Shown here piece by piece: positions 38,712-47,828 of a stretch of DNA of 64,000 nt (the first letter of the stretch is position 1; every line of letters starts with the position of its first letter). The DNA lies in assembly GCA_963704825.1 (NCBI GenBank), contig CAVPHV010000017.1:167325-231324 (forward strand), read 5' to 3'. Under the pieces are notes generated by a model. That model had not been told where the DNA came from and searched no databases. It saw only the letters and a list, made by a program, of their open reading frames with translations. Origin of the DNA: an uncultured Acidimicrobiia bacterium. GTDB lineage: Bacteria; Actinomycetota; Acidimicrobiia; Spongiisociales; UBA5794. The position numbers and the translations under genes were made by a program.

Positions 38712-40082
38712 TCAGATGCGGCGTCGGCGTCGCCTGCCCAGAGGGCGACCCGTGGCGGCCTTGATCGGAGCGTCCTCTTTGTTCGGGTGCCAATTCGACA
38801 AGTCGGCCAGTCGCTCGTCGTTCGAGAACATCTTGACCATCGGAACGTTGAGTCCGGCCTGGCGTTGGATCCGGATCACCTCATTGACCTGATCCCACTC
38901 GACCAGGGTGACCACCAGTCCCGACTCGCCGGCGCGGGCGGTACGTCCGGAGCGATGTAGATACGTCTTGGGGTCATCCGGCGGGTCGAAGTGGATCACG
39001 ATGTCGACCCCTTCGACGTGAAGACCGCGGGCTGCGACGTTGGTGGCGACCAGCACCGGTGTCGTTCCGGCGGTGAAGCTCTCCAGCGCCTTTTCCCGTT
39101 TGTACTGAGGAAGGTCGCCGTGGATCGCCCTGGCCTCGACGCCGAGGTCACGCAGATCGTCGGCGGTTCGGTCGCATCCGTGCTTGGTGCGCACGAACAC
39201 CAGGGTGCGGTCGGCGCCTGCCGCGATGGCAGCCGCAATCTTGGCCTTGTCCATGTAGTGGACCTTGAGGAATCGATGGGACATTGTGTCCACCATGTCG
39301 TTGTGCGACATCACCTCATGGGCGACCGGGTCTTGCATGTAGCTGCTGATGAGCGTGCCGACCTGGCCGTCGAGTGTGGCCGAGAAGAGCATGGTGTGGT
39401 GGTCGCTCTCGACGGTGCGCATGATCCGCCTGACCTGGGGGAGGAACCCCATGTCGGCCATTTGGTCGGCCTCGTCGATGGTCACGTAGGCAACGTCGCT
39501 CAGCGACATCTCCTTGCGCTCCATGAGGTCGATGAGCCGTCCCGGGGTGGCTACCACGATCTCGACCCCGCGGCGGAAGGCGGCGATCTGTTTGCTCATG
39601 GATGCGCCACCGTAGACGGCGATCAGGCTGAAGCCGCGGGCTGCGGCGAGCGGCTCGAGTTCGCTGGCCACCTGGTTGGCGAGTTCACGGGTGGGGACCA
39701 AGATCAGGGCTTGCGGCTTGCCCTTCGCCGCCTTCGTGATGGACTGCACGATGGGTAGCCCAAAAGCGAGGGTCTTGCCGGAGCCGGTCTGGGCTTTGCC
39801 GGTGACATCTCGTCCGGCCATTGCGTCGGGAATGGCCAGCACCTGGATCGGGAACGGGGCTTCGATGCCGCGTTCGTTGAGGATGGCGACCAGGTCGTCG
39901 GCGATGCCGAGGTCGGCAAAGGTGCCTTCGGTGAGGAGCTCGGTGGTTGGTGTTTCGGGTGTGGTCAACGTGACATCTCTCGGTGGAAGAATGGGCGAGG
40001 GGGCCAAACGAGCTGGTTCAGCCGCTCCCTCCATACGCCAACTTAGTCGGATCGACGCCTCTGGCGGACATATATGCGACAT
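38712..40082 (-). CDS. DEAD-box ATP-dependent RNA helicase
   Basis: Q motif (TFADLGI...APFPIQ), AQTGSGKT, DEAD, SAT, HRSGRTARAG; Arg-rich C-terminal tail. Start is 40082 or 40034. Confidence 0.88.
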   Translation of the reverse strand: MSHICPPEASIRLSWRMEGAAEPARLAPSPILPPRDVTLTTPETPTTELLTEGTFADLGIADDLVAILNERGIEAPFPIQVLAIPDAMAGRDVTGKAQTGSGKTLAFGLPIVQSITKAAKGKPQALILVPTRELANQVASELEPLAAARGFSLIAVYGGASMSKQIAAFRRGVEIVVATPGRLIDLMERKEMSLSDVAYVTIDEADQMADMGFLPQVRRIMRTVESDHHTMLFSATLDGQVGTLISSYMQDPVAHEVMSHNDMVDTMSHRFLKVHYMDKAKIAAAIAAGADRTLVFVRTKHGCDRTADDLRDLGVEARAIHGDLPQYKREKALESFTAGTTPVLVATNVAARGLHVEGVDIVIHFDPPDDPKTYLHRSGRTARAGESGLVVTLVEWDQVNEVIRIQRQAGLNVPMVKMFSNDERLADLSNWHPNKEDAPIKAATGRPLGRRRRRRI

Positions 40083-40126
40083 GGTGCCCTCGAGTCCGCC
40101 ACGATCCTCGGGGGTAGAGTGCGCGC

Positions 40127-41032
40127 ATGACTTCCACGTTGTACGGCGGAATCGAGGCCGGCGGTACCAAAGTTGTGTGTCTGGTCGGGTCGGGACCCGG
40201 CGATGTGATTGCCGAAGAGCGGTTCCCGACCACCACTCCCGGCGAGACCATTGCCCGTATGGTCGACTTCTTCGAGACGCAGCGTGACGCCGGGCACGGA
40301 CCGGCTGCGATCGGGATTGCCTCTTTCGGGCCGGTCGAGCTGCGGCGGCAGCGTCGCAACTATGGATTCATCACGACCACCCCAAAACCTCACTGGTCGA
40401 ACACCGATCTTGCCGGACCGATCGCTGCGGGGCTCGGGCTGCCGGTGGCGTTCGACACCGACGTCGACGGTGCCGCCCTCGGTGAGGGTCGCTGGGGAGC
40501 CGCTGCCGGTCTCACCACCTTCGTCTACATCACGGTGGGGACCGGGATCGGCGCCGGAGCTGTGGTGAACGGTGCCGTCGCCCATGGACTGGTTCATGCC
40601 GAAATGGGCCACGTGATCGTCGAACGGCAGCCCGGCGACGAGTACCCAGGGTGGTGCCCGTTCCACGGCGATTGCTTCGAGGGGATGGCGGCCGGTCCGT
40701 CGATCGAAAGACGCTTTGGGGTCCGCGCCGAGCACCTGGAGGGGCCTGATCTTGTCCAGGCTGTGGAATGGGAGGCGGGCTACCTGGCCTCGGGGATCCG
40801 CAACATGGTGTACACCCTCGCTCCTGAGCGTGTTGTGATCGGAGGCGGGGTGGCCGAGTTGCCCGGGCTGTTCCCGGCGTTGCGGCAGAAGCTCGTTGCC
40901 ACTCTGGCCGGGTATCCCGGATTGCCCGAGCACGAGTCGGACGACTTCGTGGTCCCCGCTGCGCTCGGTGGCATGGCCGGTCCGCTCGGATCACTGGTGC
41001 TGGCCGAGCAGGCGCTTGCGGCAACTTCCTAA
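40127..41032 (+). CDS. ROK-family sugar kinase (fructokinase/glucokinase-like)
   Basis: N-terminal GIEAGGTK, ROK signature and Zn motif CPFHGDCFEG. Confidence 0.8.
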   Translation: MTSTLYGGIEAGGTKVVCLVGSGPGDVIAEERFPTTTPGETIARMVDFFETQRDAGHGPAAIGIASFGPVELRRQRRNYGFITTTPKPHWSNTDLAGPIAAGLGLPVAFDTDVDGAALGEGRWGAAAGLTTFVYITVGTGIGAGAVVNGAVAHGLVHAEMGHVIVERQPGDEYPGWCPFHGDCFEGMAAGPSIERRFGVRAEHLEGPDLVQAVEWEAGYLASGIRNMVYTLAPERVVIGGGVAELPGLFPALRQKLVATLAGYPGLPEHESDDFVVPAALGGMAGPLGSLVLAEQALAATS

Positions 41033-42075
41033 TCGGGGCGGCGGTGCTCGTTGACGTCGTTCACTTCGGCACCGAGCAATACCGCAAAACCGGAAGCGAA
41101 GAACCACAGCATGAGGACGATGACACCGGTGAGCGCCCCGTAGGTGGCGCTGAACGTGGCGAGACGATCGGTGTAGACCGAGAGCCCAACGGTGACGGCC
41201 ATCCAGGCAACGGCTGCCGCAAGGGCGCCGGGGCTGATCCACGGCGAGCGGTTGGCAGGACGATTGGGTGCCACCTTGTACAACAACCCGAGCCCGAGTA
41301 CGACCACGAGGAGGATGGCCGGCCACCGCGACCATTCGACAAACGTGGCGGTACCGGGCAGATCGATGCTGTTGAGCAAGTCATCGAGGATCGTCACGCT
41401 GGCTACGGCAACGACAACGAACAGGGTCATGCCCATGGTCAGACCGTAGGCAAGCGCCCGCTGGTGGGCGAAGGGCCGCTGCTCATCGACGTCGTAGGCG
41501 ATGTTGAGGCCGCGGATCAAGGCCTTGGTTCCGGCGGACGCCGACCAGAGGGCGACCAGGATCGAGATTATGGCGCTGACTCCGAGCTGGGTCGACGACC
41601 GCGCCACGAGTCCCGAGAGTTGCTGGCCGATCAACGTGGCTGCTTCGGCGGGTAACTGGTTGGTGAGGTCGTCGATCACCTGTTGAAGCTGGTTCTCGTC
41701 GAGCCACAACCCGTAGATGGAGATGGCGGCGATTGCGGCGGGAAACACGGCGAAAAGTGCGTAGTACGACAGGGCTGCCGCGATCATCGGGATGTTGTCC
41801 TTCTTGATCTCGGCCCCGAGCTCTTTGAGGAACCCGACGCTGTGGTTGGCGGCGGCCTTGGCCTGGTTCGCCAATTGTGCATTGGCGGCAGTGTCACGGG
41901 AGCCCACCGCGATCGGTGCCGTCGTCGGTGCCGGTGCGGCTTGCGGCACAGGCGGGTTGGCCGGCACGGGAGGGCCGGTCGTCGGTTGCCGACGGTGCGG
42001 CAATGCGGCCTTGATGGCGACTCCTACGGCGATTCCGCCGAGGACCCAGTTGAAAACGCGCGGCGCGCCGGCCAT
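41029..42075 (-). CDS. YihY/BrkB (virulence factor BrkB) family membrane protein
   Basis: NIPMIAAALSYYALFAVFPAAIAAISIYG is the family signature; 6 TM. Its stop overlaps the ROK gene by 4 nt (convergent). Confidence 0.8.
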   Translation of the reverse strand: MAGAPRVFNWVLGGIAVGVAIKAALPHRRQPTTGPPVPANPPVPQAAPAPTTAPIAVGSRDTAANAQLANQAKAAANHSVGFLKELGAEIKKDNIPMIAAALSYYALFAVFPAAIAAISIYGLWLDENQLQQVIDDLTNQLPAEAATLIGQQLSGLVARSSTQLGVSAIISILVALWSASAGTKALIRGLNIAYDVDEQRPFAHQRALAYGLTMGMTLFVVVAVASVTILDDLLNSIDLPGTATFVEWSRWPAILLVVVLGLGLLYKVAPNRPANRSPWISPGALAAAVAWMAVTVGLSVYTDRLATFSATYGALTGVIVLMLWFFASGFAVLLGAEVNDVNEHRRPD

Positions 42076-42090
42076 GTGTGGTGCCCTCGC

Positions 42091-42897
42091 CTAGCCCAGG
42101 ACTCGTTGGATCAGCCCGGGTTTGACGCTCGCCTTGCCGTGACGCCGTCCCAACAGGTAGGTCGAGCCGGCGAGGGCGACCGCGCCCGCCGTCGCCGTGG
42201 TGCGTTTGATGACCTTCTTGCTCCTGCGGCTGAACTCAACGATCGGCCAGCCCCGCTGATAGGCGATCGCGGCGAGCGCCTTGTCGGGGTTGACCGCGAC
42301 AGGATGGCCGACCGCCTCGAGCATGGGGAGGTCTCCGATGGAGTCCGAATAGGCATACGACTTTTGCAGATCGTACCCCTTGCGGTCGGCCATCCTGACG
42401 ATGGCCTCGGCCTTCCCAAGTCCATAGCAGAACGGTTCGGCCAGCTCTCCGGTGTACACCCCATCCTTCAGCTCGGCGACGGTGCCGATCGCACCCGTCA
42501 TGTGCATCGCCTCGCCAAATCCGTCGATGATCTCGATCGGGGATGCCGACACGATGTAGGTGTCGCGTCCGGCCTCGTCGTGCAGATCGATCAGGGCACG
42601 GGACTCGTGACGTACATCGTCGAGCAACCGGACCAGGATGTCGTCACTGAGGGCGCGAAACTCATCGATGTGGACACCCTCGATGGCTTGGAGCACTCGG
42701 TTCTTCACCGCCTCGGTCTTGGCGTCGCCCGCACCTTTCAGCTTGAAACCCACGTAGCTCATCAAATCGCGGAGGAGATCCCCGGTGGGCATCATCCCGG
42801 CTCGATAGGCCACCCACCCCCAGATGAAGACCGACGACCCGCTGATGATGGTGCGGTCGAGGTCGAAGAAGGCGGCGCCACGCTGTTCCTGCGCCAT
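42091..42897 (-). CDS. HAD-IB family hydrolase (phosphoserine-phosphatase-like)
   Basis: FFDLDRTII motif I, a cap region, and the distal DSIGDLPMLEAVGHPVAVNPD motif. Start lies 2 nt after the stop of the upstream acyl-CoA dehydrogenase gene. Confidence 0.75.
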   Translation of the reverse strand: MAQEQRGAAFFDLDRTIISGSSVFIWGWVAYRAGMMPTGDLLRDLMSYVGFKLKGAGDAKTEAVKNRVLQAIEGVHIDEFRALSDDILVRLLDDVRHESRALIDLHDEAGRDTYIVSASPIEIIDGFGEAMHMTGAIGTVAELKDGVYTGELAEPFCYGLGKAEAIVRMADRKGYDLQKSYAYSDSIGDLPMLEAVGHPVAVNPDKALAAIAYQRGWPIVEFSRRSKKVIKRTTATAGAVALAGSTYLLGRRHGKASVKPGLIQRVLG

Positions 42898-42898
42898 C

Positions 42899-44692
42899 TC
42901 ACACCCCCATCAGTTCGTCGTCGATCGCAAACAGCGAGTCGGCGCCGCGGGTGACGGCGGGAAGCAGTCCGGCCGCTTGGGGCAGGATCTGCTCGGCATA
43001 GAACCGGGCCGTCGCCACCTTGGCCTCGAGGAATCGGTCCCCGGCGCTTCCGTTGTTGAGGAGGCGGGTGGCAACCAGAGCCGATTTCGCCAGGTAGTAG
43101 CCGCCGGCCACGATGCCGAACATGCGTAGGTAGGGCGTAGCGCCGGCGAGCCGGTCGTTCGGGTCGTCTGCCGCCGCGAGCCACTCCGTGGCTTCCCGCA
43201 GCAGGGCCACACCGTCACCGAGATCGATCCTGATCGAGGCGAGGTCGTCGTGTCCCTCGAACGCGGGGTCGAGTGCCGCCATTTCGTCGAGGTATCCGGC
43301 GACGACGGCACCACCCGCCATGGGCAGTTTGCGCATCACGAGGTCGATGGCCTGGATGCCGTTGGTGCCCTCGTAGATCGGGGCGATGCGAGCATCGCGA
43401 TAATGCTGGGCGGCTCCGGTTTCCTCCACGAACCCCATCCCACCGTGGACCTGAACCGCCAGTGAGGTCAGCTCTACGCCGAGGTCCGTGCCCCACGCCT
43501 TCGAGATGGGGGTCAGCAAGGCGGCGCGAGCGGCGCCGCGCTGGCGGCTCTCGTCGTCGGGTCCGTTCTCTGCCCAGTCCAAGGCGGCGGCGTTGTCGTA
43601 CATCAACGCTCGCATCGCCTCGATGTTGGCCCGCATCGTCATCAGCATCCGGCGGACGTCGGGATGCTCGATGATGGGTGAGCTCCCCGGCGGCGTGGTT
43701 CCAATGGCGCGACCCTGGCGGCGCTCCTTGGCGTAGTCGACCGCCTGTTGGTAGGCCCGCTCTGCGATGCCGAGGCCTTCGAGTCCGACATGGAGCCTGG
43801 CGTCGTTCATCATCGTGAACATGTAGCGCATGCCCTGGTTGACCTCGCCGACCAGATAGCCGACCGCACCGTCGTCCTCGCCGAACGCCATGACGGCAGT
43901 TGGGCTCGAGTGAATGCCGAGCTTGTGTTCGAGCGATACCGCCGTGACGTCGTTGCGTTCGCGGCGCGACCCGTCCGGGTTGACCAGGTATTTGGGAACG
44001 ATGAAGAGGCTGATCCCCTTGGTCCCCGGCGGCGCATCGGGAACCCGGGCCAGCACCAGATGGATGATGTTGTCGGCGACGTTGTGATCGCCCCATGTGA
44101 TGAAGATCTTGGTGCCGTAGATGCGCCACGTGCCGTCGTCTTGGGGCTCGGCCTTGGTCCGCACGGCGCCCACATCCGAGCCGGCCTCGGGCTCGGTGAG
44201 GACCATGGTCCCCGTCCATTCGCCGCTGATCAGCTTCTCGAGATAGAGGGCCTTCTGTTCGTCGGAGCCGTGTTGGTCGATGGCGAGGATTGCCGAGGCG
44301 GTCAACATGGGGCAGAGCGAAAACGCCATGTTGGCCGACGTGAGCATCTCCATCACCGGGATTCCCACCGCGGTGGGGAAGCCGTGGCCGCCGTATTCGG
44401 CGGTGCTTTTGACGGCACCCCAGCCGGCGGCAACAAACTGCTCGTAAGCGCGTTTGATCTCCGGTGCCAGGATCACGTCCCCTTCGGTGTCGATCATGGC
44501 CCCCACTTCGTCGCCGATCCGATTGGTTGGGGCGATGACCTCGGCCATGAACCGGCCGGCCTCGTCGAGCGCGCCAAACGAGAGTTCTCGATCCACATGT
44601 TCGTAGCCGGGCAACTCGGCAATGCCGTCCAGGTCCACGATGTGCTCGAGGACGAACTTCATGTCGCGCAGTGGGGGTCGGTAGTCGCTCAT
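42899..44692 (-). CDS. Acyl-CoA dehydrogenase (long FadE type, ~597 aa)
   Basis: ACAD N/M/C domains (GEWTGTMVLTEPEAGSDVGAV; YEGTNGIQAIDLV) with a C-terminal extension. True start is MSDYRPPLRDMKF at 44692; the 230 upstream ORF-track residues are an artefact. Confidence 0.85.
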   Translation of the reverse strand: MSDYRPPLRDMKFVLEHIVDLDGIAELPGYEHVDRELSFGALDEAGRFMAEVIAPTNRIGDEVGAMIDTEGDVILAPEIKRAYEQFVAAGWGAVKSTAEYGGHGFPTAVGIPVMEMLTSANMAFSLCPMLTASAILAIDQHGSDEQKALYLEKLISGEWTGTMVLTEPEAGSDVGAVRTKAEPQDDGTWRIYGTKIFITWGDHNVADNIIHLVLARVPDAPPGTKGISLFIVPKYLVNPDGSRRERNDVTAVSLEHKLGIHSSPTAVMAFGEDDGAVGYLVGEVNQGMRYMFTMMNDARLHVGLEGLGIAERAYQQAVDYAKERRQGRAIGTTPPGSSPIIEHPDVRRMLMTMRANIEAMRALMYDNAAALDWAENGPDDESRQRGAARAALLTPISKAWGTDLGVELTSLAVQVHGGMGFVEETGAAQHYRDARIAPIYEGTNGIQAIDLVMRKLPMAGGAVVAGYLDEMAALDPAFEGHDDLASIRIDLGDGVALLREATEWLAAADDPNDRLAGATPYLRMFGIVAGGYYLAKSALVATRLLNNGSAGDRFLEAKVATARFYAEQILPQAAGLLPAVTRGADSLFAIDDELMGV

Positions 44693-44884
44693 AGCGGCAG
44701 AATACTGGCCCTCAACGCACTGGAGCCATTGGATCATGGAGCGTGGATCATGGAGCGCAGCATCCAGCCAGTCGTTTCGTGGATGTCGATCCGTCGAGCG
44801 GCGAGGTCGGCTTCTGCACCAGAGGGGCCGAACGGTAGGTTTCGGGGACCATTCGTCCCTGCCACCCATCAGGAAGGAACGACC

Positions 44885-45235
44885 GTGAAGTTTGCACTGC
44901 TCATCTACAGCGACGAGAACACCGCCCCGATGCCGGAGACCCCGGCGGCGCAGCAGGTGTTCGACGAATATGTGGCGTTCACGACACGCATCACCGAGCG
45001 GGGAATCAGCCGCGGCGGCGAGGCTCTCCACGACAGCGGTACTGCCGCCACCGTGCAGGTGGTCGAAGGCGAGGTTGTTGTCACCGAGGCTCCGGCCGTC
45101 GACTCGCGCCAGGTGCTCGGCGGCTTCTATGTCATCGACGTCCCCGACAAGGCGGCCGCCATCGCGGTCGCCACCGAGCTCCCCGGATCCCGTTACGGCG
45201 CGGTCGAGGTGCGGCCCGTTTGGTCCTGGGAGTGA
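44885..45235 (+). CDS. YciI-like (DGPF) domain protein
   Basis: VKFALLIYSDE... is the typical YciI start. GTG 44885 follows caggaaggaac. Only the C-terminal 116 aa of the 495-aa ORF-track entry are real. Confidence 0.7.
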   Translation: MKFALLIYSDENTAPMPETPAAQQVFDEYVAFTTRITERGISRGGEALHDSGTAATVQVVEGEVVVTEAPAVDSRQVLGGFYVIDVPDKAAAIAVATELPGSRYGAVEVRPVWSWE

Positions 45236-45482
45236 GCCGTTGGTGACGAGGGTTCGAACGTGTGTGGTCGTTGGGCCCGCCGACCCATTTTGCAGATTGC
45301 CCTGCAGAAACGGGCAGAATATGCCGATAAACCCCGGGAGTGGATAGAGCTCTCCAAGGGAGGCGGCTGAAGCCGAGCCCAAGGTAGGTACCGATGTCCA
45401 CTCGCCGACAGAGGCCTCAGGGCGGCGGTCCGTATTGCATCTCTATGCAGCGGTGATCCAACTGACCGCTCGAAATCCTCAG

Positions 45483-45507
45483 AAGCCCGCCCCGCGGCGG
45501 GCTTCGT
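45483..45507. other. Strong GC hairpin (gaagcccgcc-ccgc-ggcgggcttc), terminator-like
   Basis: Perfect 10-bp stem with a 4-nt loop. Sits in a 650-bp non-coding stretch, immediately before the 65-bp repeat array. No U-tract on the + strand; only a weak one on the - strand. Confidence 0.3.
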
Positions 45508-45517
45508 CGCGTGCTGC

Positions 45518-45865
45518 TGACGGAGTCAGCAGCACGTTGTAGTTTCCTACCGGAAACTACTGGTGAGGGATTCCCGGTGGGGTGACGGAGTCAGCAGCAC
45601 GTTGTGGTTTCCTACCGGAAACTACTGGTGAGGGATTCCCGGTGGGGTGACGGAGTCAGCAGCACGTTGTGGTTTCCTACCGGAAACTACTGGTGAGGGA
45701 TTCCCGGTGGGGTGACGGAGTCAGCAGCACGTTGTGGTTTCCTACCGGAAACTACTGGTGAGGGATTCCCGGTGGGGTGACGGAGTCAGCAGCACGTTGT
45801 GGTTTCCTACCGGAAACTACTGGTGAGGGATTCCCGATGGGTGACGGAGTCAGCAGCACGTTGGT
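45518..45865. repeat. Tandem repeat array, 5 copies of a 65-bp unit plus a 23-bp partial copy
   Basis: Unit tgacggagtcagcagcacgttgtggtttcctaccggaaactactggtgagggattcccggtgggg begins at 45518, 45583, 45648, 45713 and 45778, with a partial copy at 45842. Copies are near-identical (1 substitution in copy 1, 1-bp change in the last). Each unit holds a gtttcc-tacc-ggaaac hairpin. Ends 18 bp before the PIG-L start. No spacers, so not CRISPR. Confidence 0.9.
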
Positions 45866-45882
45866 CAGCTAGGTTTGCCGCC

Positions 45883-46689
45883 ATGGCCACCCTTGTGTTC
45901 TTCCATGCCCATCCCGACGACGAAGCCATCGCCACCGGCGGCTCGATGGCCGCCGCCGCCGACGCCGGCCACCGAGTTGTTCTCATCGTGGCGACGGGCG
46001 GTGAGGAGGGCGAAGTTGCCGACGGCTTCCTGAGCGACGGCGAAACCCTGGAAGAGGTTCGCGAACGCGAGACGTGCGCCGCAGCCTCGATTCTCGGGTC
46101 GGCCCGGGTGCACTTCCTCGGGTACCGCGATTCCGGGATGATGGGGGAAGCGGCCAACGAGCACCCGGAGAGCTTCTGGCGAGCCGACGTCGAAGCTGCC
46201 GCCGCTCAGGTTGCCGCGATCCTCGCAGAAGAGCAGGCCGATGTCGTGACGGTCTACGACGACCACGGGGGTTACGGCCACCCGGACCACATCCAGGTGC
46301 ACCGCGTTGGTCACCGTGCCGCGGAACTGGCCGACACCCCGCGGGTGTTCGAAGCGACCATGAATCGTGACCTGGTTCGCCAGTGGAGTTCCGTGATGCG
46401 TGCCGAACGGGAAGATCTCACGACGGCGGCCGAAGTCGATGACCCCAACCTGGAAAAGGTGGGGCTGCCGGACGACCAGCTCACCACCGCCGTCGACGTC
46501 GTGGCGTTGATCGACCGAAAGCGACGAGCGATGGCCGCCCACGCCAGCCAGATCGATGACGACTCGTGGTTCTTCCAGCTCCCCCCGGACGCCTTTGCCA
46601 TGGCCTTTGGCACAGAGTGGTACCGCCGCACCAGGCCGGCGTTCGAAGCCATGTTGCCCGATGGCCGTGAGCACGAGTTGCTCGGCTGA
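45883..46689 (+). CDS. PIG-L/LmbE-family N-acetylglucosaminyl deacetylase (MshB/Mca-like)
   Basis: FFHAHPDDEAIATGG...HPDH; the zinc-binding HPDDE motif is at the N-terminus. True start is ATG 45883. The ORF-track extension reads into the repeat array. Confidence 0.8.
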   Translation: MATLVFFHAHPDDEAIATGGSMAAAADAGHRVVLIVATGGEEGEVADGFLSDGETLEEVRERETCAAASILGSARVHFLGYRDSGMMGEAANEHPESFWRADVEAAAAQVAAILAEEQADVVTVYDDHGGYGHPDHIQVHRVGHRAAELADTPRVFEATMNRDLVRQWSSVMRAEREDLTTAAEVDDPNLEKVGLPDDQLTTAVDVVALIDRKRRAMAAHASQIDDDSWFFQLPPDAFAMAFGTEWYRRTRPAFEAMLPDGREHELLG

Positions 46690-46713
46690 TTGGCAGCGAG
46701 AGGGGAACACCAG

Positions 46714-47691
46714 ATGCGGGCATTGTTGTGCACCAACCCGGGGCCGGACTTCACACTCGAGATCGGTGAGATTCCGGATCTGGTGCCCGGTCCCGGCGAG
46801 GTTGTGATCGAGGTGAAGGCGGCTGGGCTCAACTTTCCCGACACGCTGATCATCCAGGGCCGGTACCAATTCAAGCCTGAGCCACCGTTTTCTCCCGGGG
46901 CCGAGGCGGCCGGACTGGTGGCGGCGGTCGGTGATGGGGTCGACCTGGTGGTGGGAACGCCGGTGGTTGCGCTCGGGGTCTTTGGCGCATTCGCCGAGCA
47001 ATGGGTGGTGCCGGCTGACACCGTGATGCCGCTGCCTGTCGGTCTTGGGTTCGAGCGTGGCGCCGGATTTGGCCTCACCTACGGCACGGCGTACTACGCG
47101 CTCAAGCAGCAAAGTCGCCTCGAGCGCGGTGAGGTGCTGCTGGTGCTCGGTGCCGCCGGAGGAGTCGGCAGCGCTGCCGTCCAGATCGGTAAGGCAATGG
47201 GGGCCACCGTCATTGCGGCCGCCGGGTCGGATGAGAAGCTGGCGTTCGCAGCAGACTGTGGCGCCGACCTAGCGGTCAACTATGTGCGCGAGGACCTGAA
47301 GGCCCGGATCCGCGAGCTCACGGCCGGTCACGGGGTCGACGTTGTCTTCGACCCGGTGGGAGGAGACATGTCGGAGCCGGCGTTGCGAGCGACGGCGTGG
47401 GACGGCCGCTTCCTCGTCATCGGATTTGCCGCTGGCGACATCCCCCGGATTCCGCTCAACCTGGTTCTGCTCAAGGGCCTCCACATCATCGGTGTCTTCT
47501 GGGGGAGCTGGGTCGGCCGTGAGCCGCTGGCTTCACGTCGCAACTACGAAGAGCTGCTCGAGATGGTGGCAGGCGGCGCTATCGATCTGCCTGCAGTGGA
47601 GGTTCATGAACTCGAGGATCATGCCGCCGCCTTTGCCGCACTGACGGAGCGCAGGGCCAAGGGCAAAGTCGTTCTACGAATCCGGGAGTGA
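46714..47691 (+). CDS. qor: NADPH:quinone oxidoreductase / zinc-independent MDR-family enoyl reductase
   Basis: MDR fold with LGAAGGVGSAAVQIGKAMGA Rossmann motif. ATG 46714 follows gagagggg. Confidence 0.85.
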   Translation: MRALLCTNPGPDFTLEIGEIPDLVPGPGEVVIEVKAAGLNFPDTLIIQGRYQFKPEPPFSPGAEAAGLVAAVGDGVDLVVGTPVVALGVFGAFAEQWVVPADTVMPLPVGLGFERGAGFGLTYGTAYYALKQQSRLERGEVLLVLGAAGGVGSAAVQIGKAMGATVIAAAGSDEKLAFAADCGADLAVNYVREDLKARIRELTAGHGVDVVFDPVGGDMSEPALRATAWDGRFLVIGFAAGDIPRIPLNLVLLKGLHIIGVFWGSWVGREPLASRRNYEELLEMVAGGAIDLPAVEVHELEDHAAAFAALTERRAKGKVVLRIRE

Positions 47692-47828
47692 TCGGGTGCT
47701 CCGAAGGCGGGCACGGCAGGACCCGCCCGTTGCGTCACACCCCGGGCGCCGGCACGCCGGCCACCATGTGCCCAGCCACACCTGCCATCCCCTTCGGATG
47801 GTGCCCTGGAGCAAACTCATCAGCAATT

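Noticed and set aside
43748-44884. N-terminal 380 aa of the 495-aa plus-strand ORF
   Set aside because: Antisense to the acyl-CoA dehydrogenase gene. Only the C-terminal YciI-like part (from GTG 44885, with RBS) is credible.
45245-45275. tRNA-like T-loop sequence (gagGGTTCGAAcg)
   Set aside because: The flanks do not form T-stem or acceptor-stem pairing, so no cloverleaf can be built.
45518-45865. CRISPR array
   Set aside because: The units are directly adjacent 65-bp copies with no unique spacers, and there are no cas genes in the window. This is a tandem minisatellite, not a CRISPR.
45799-45882. N-terminal extension of the PIG-L ORF into the 65-bp repeat
   Set aside because: The extension is a translation of repeat DNA. 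The conserved HPDDE motif starts right after ATG 45883.
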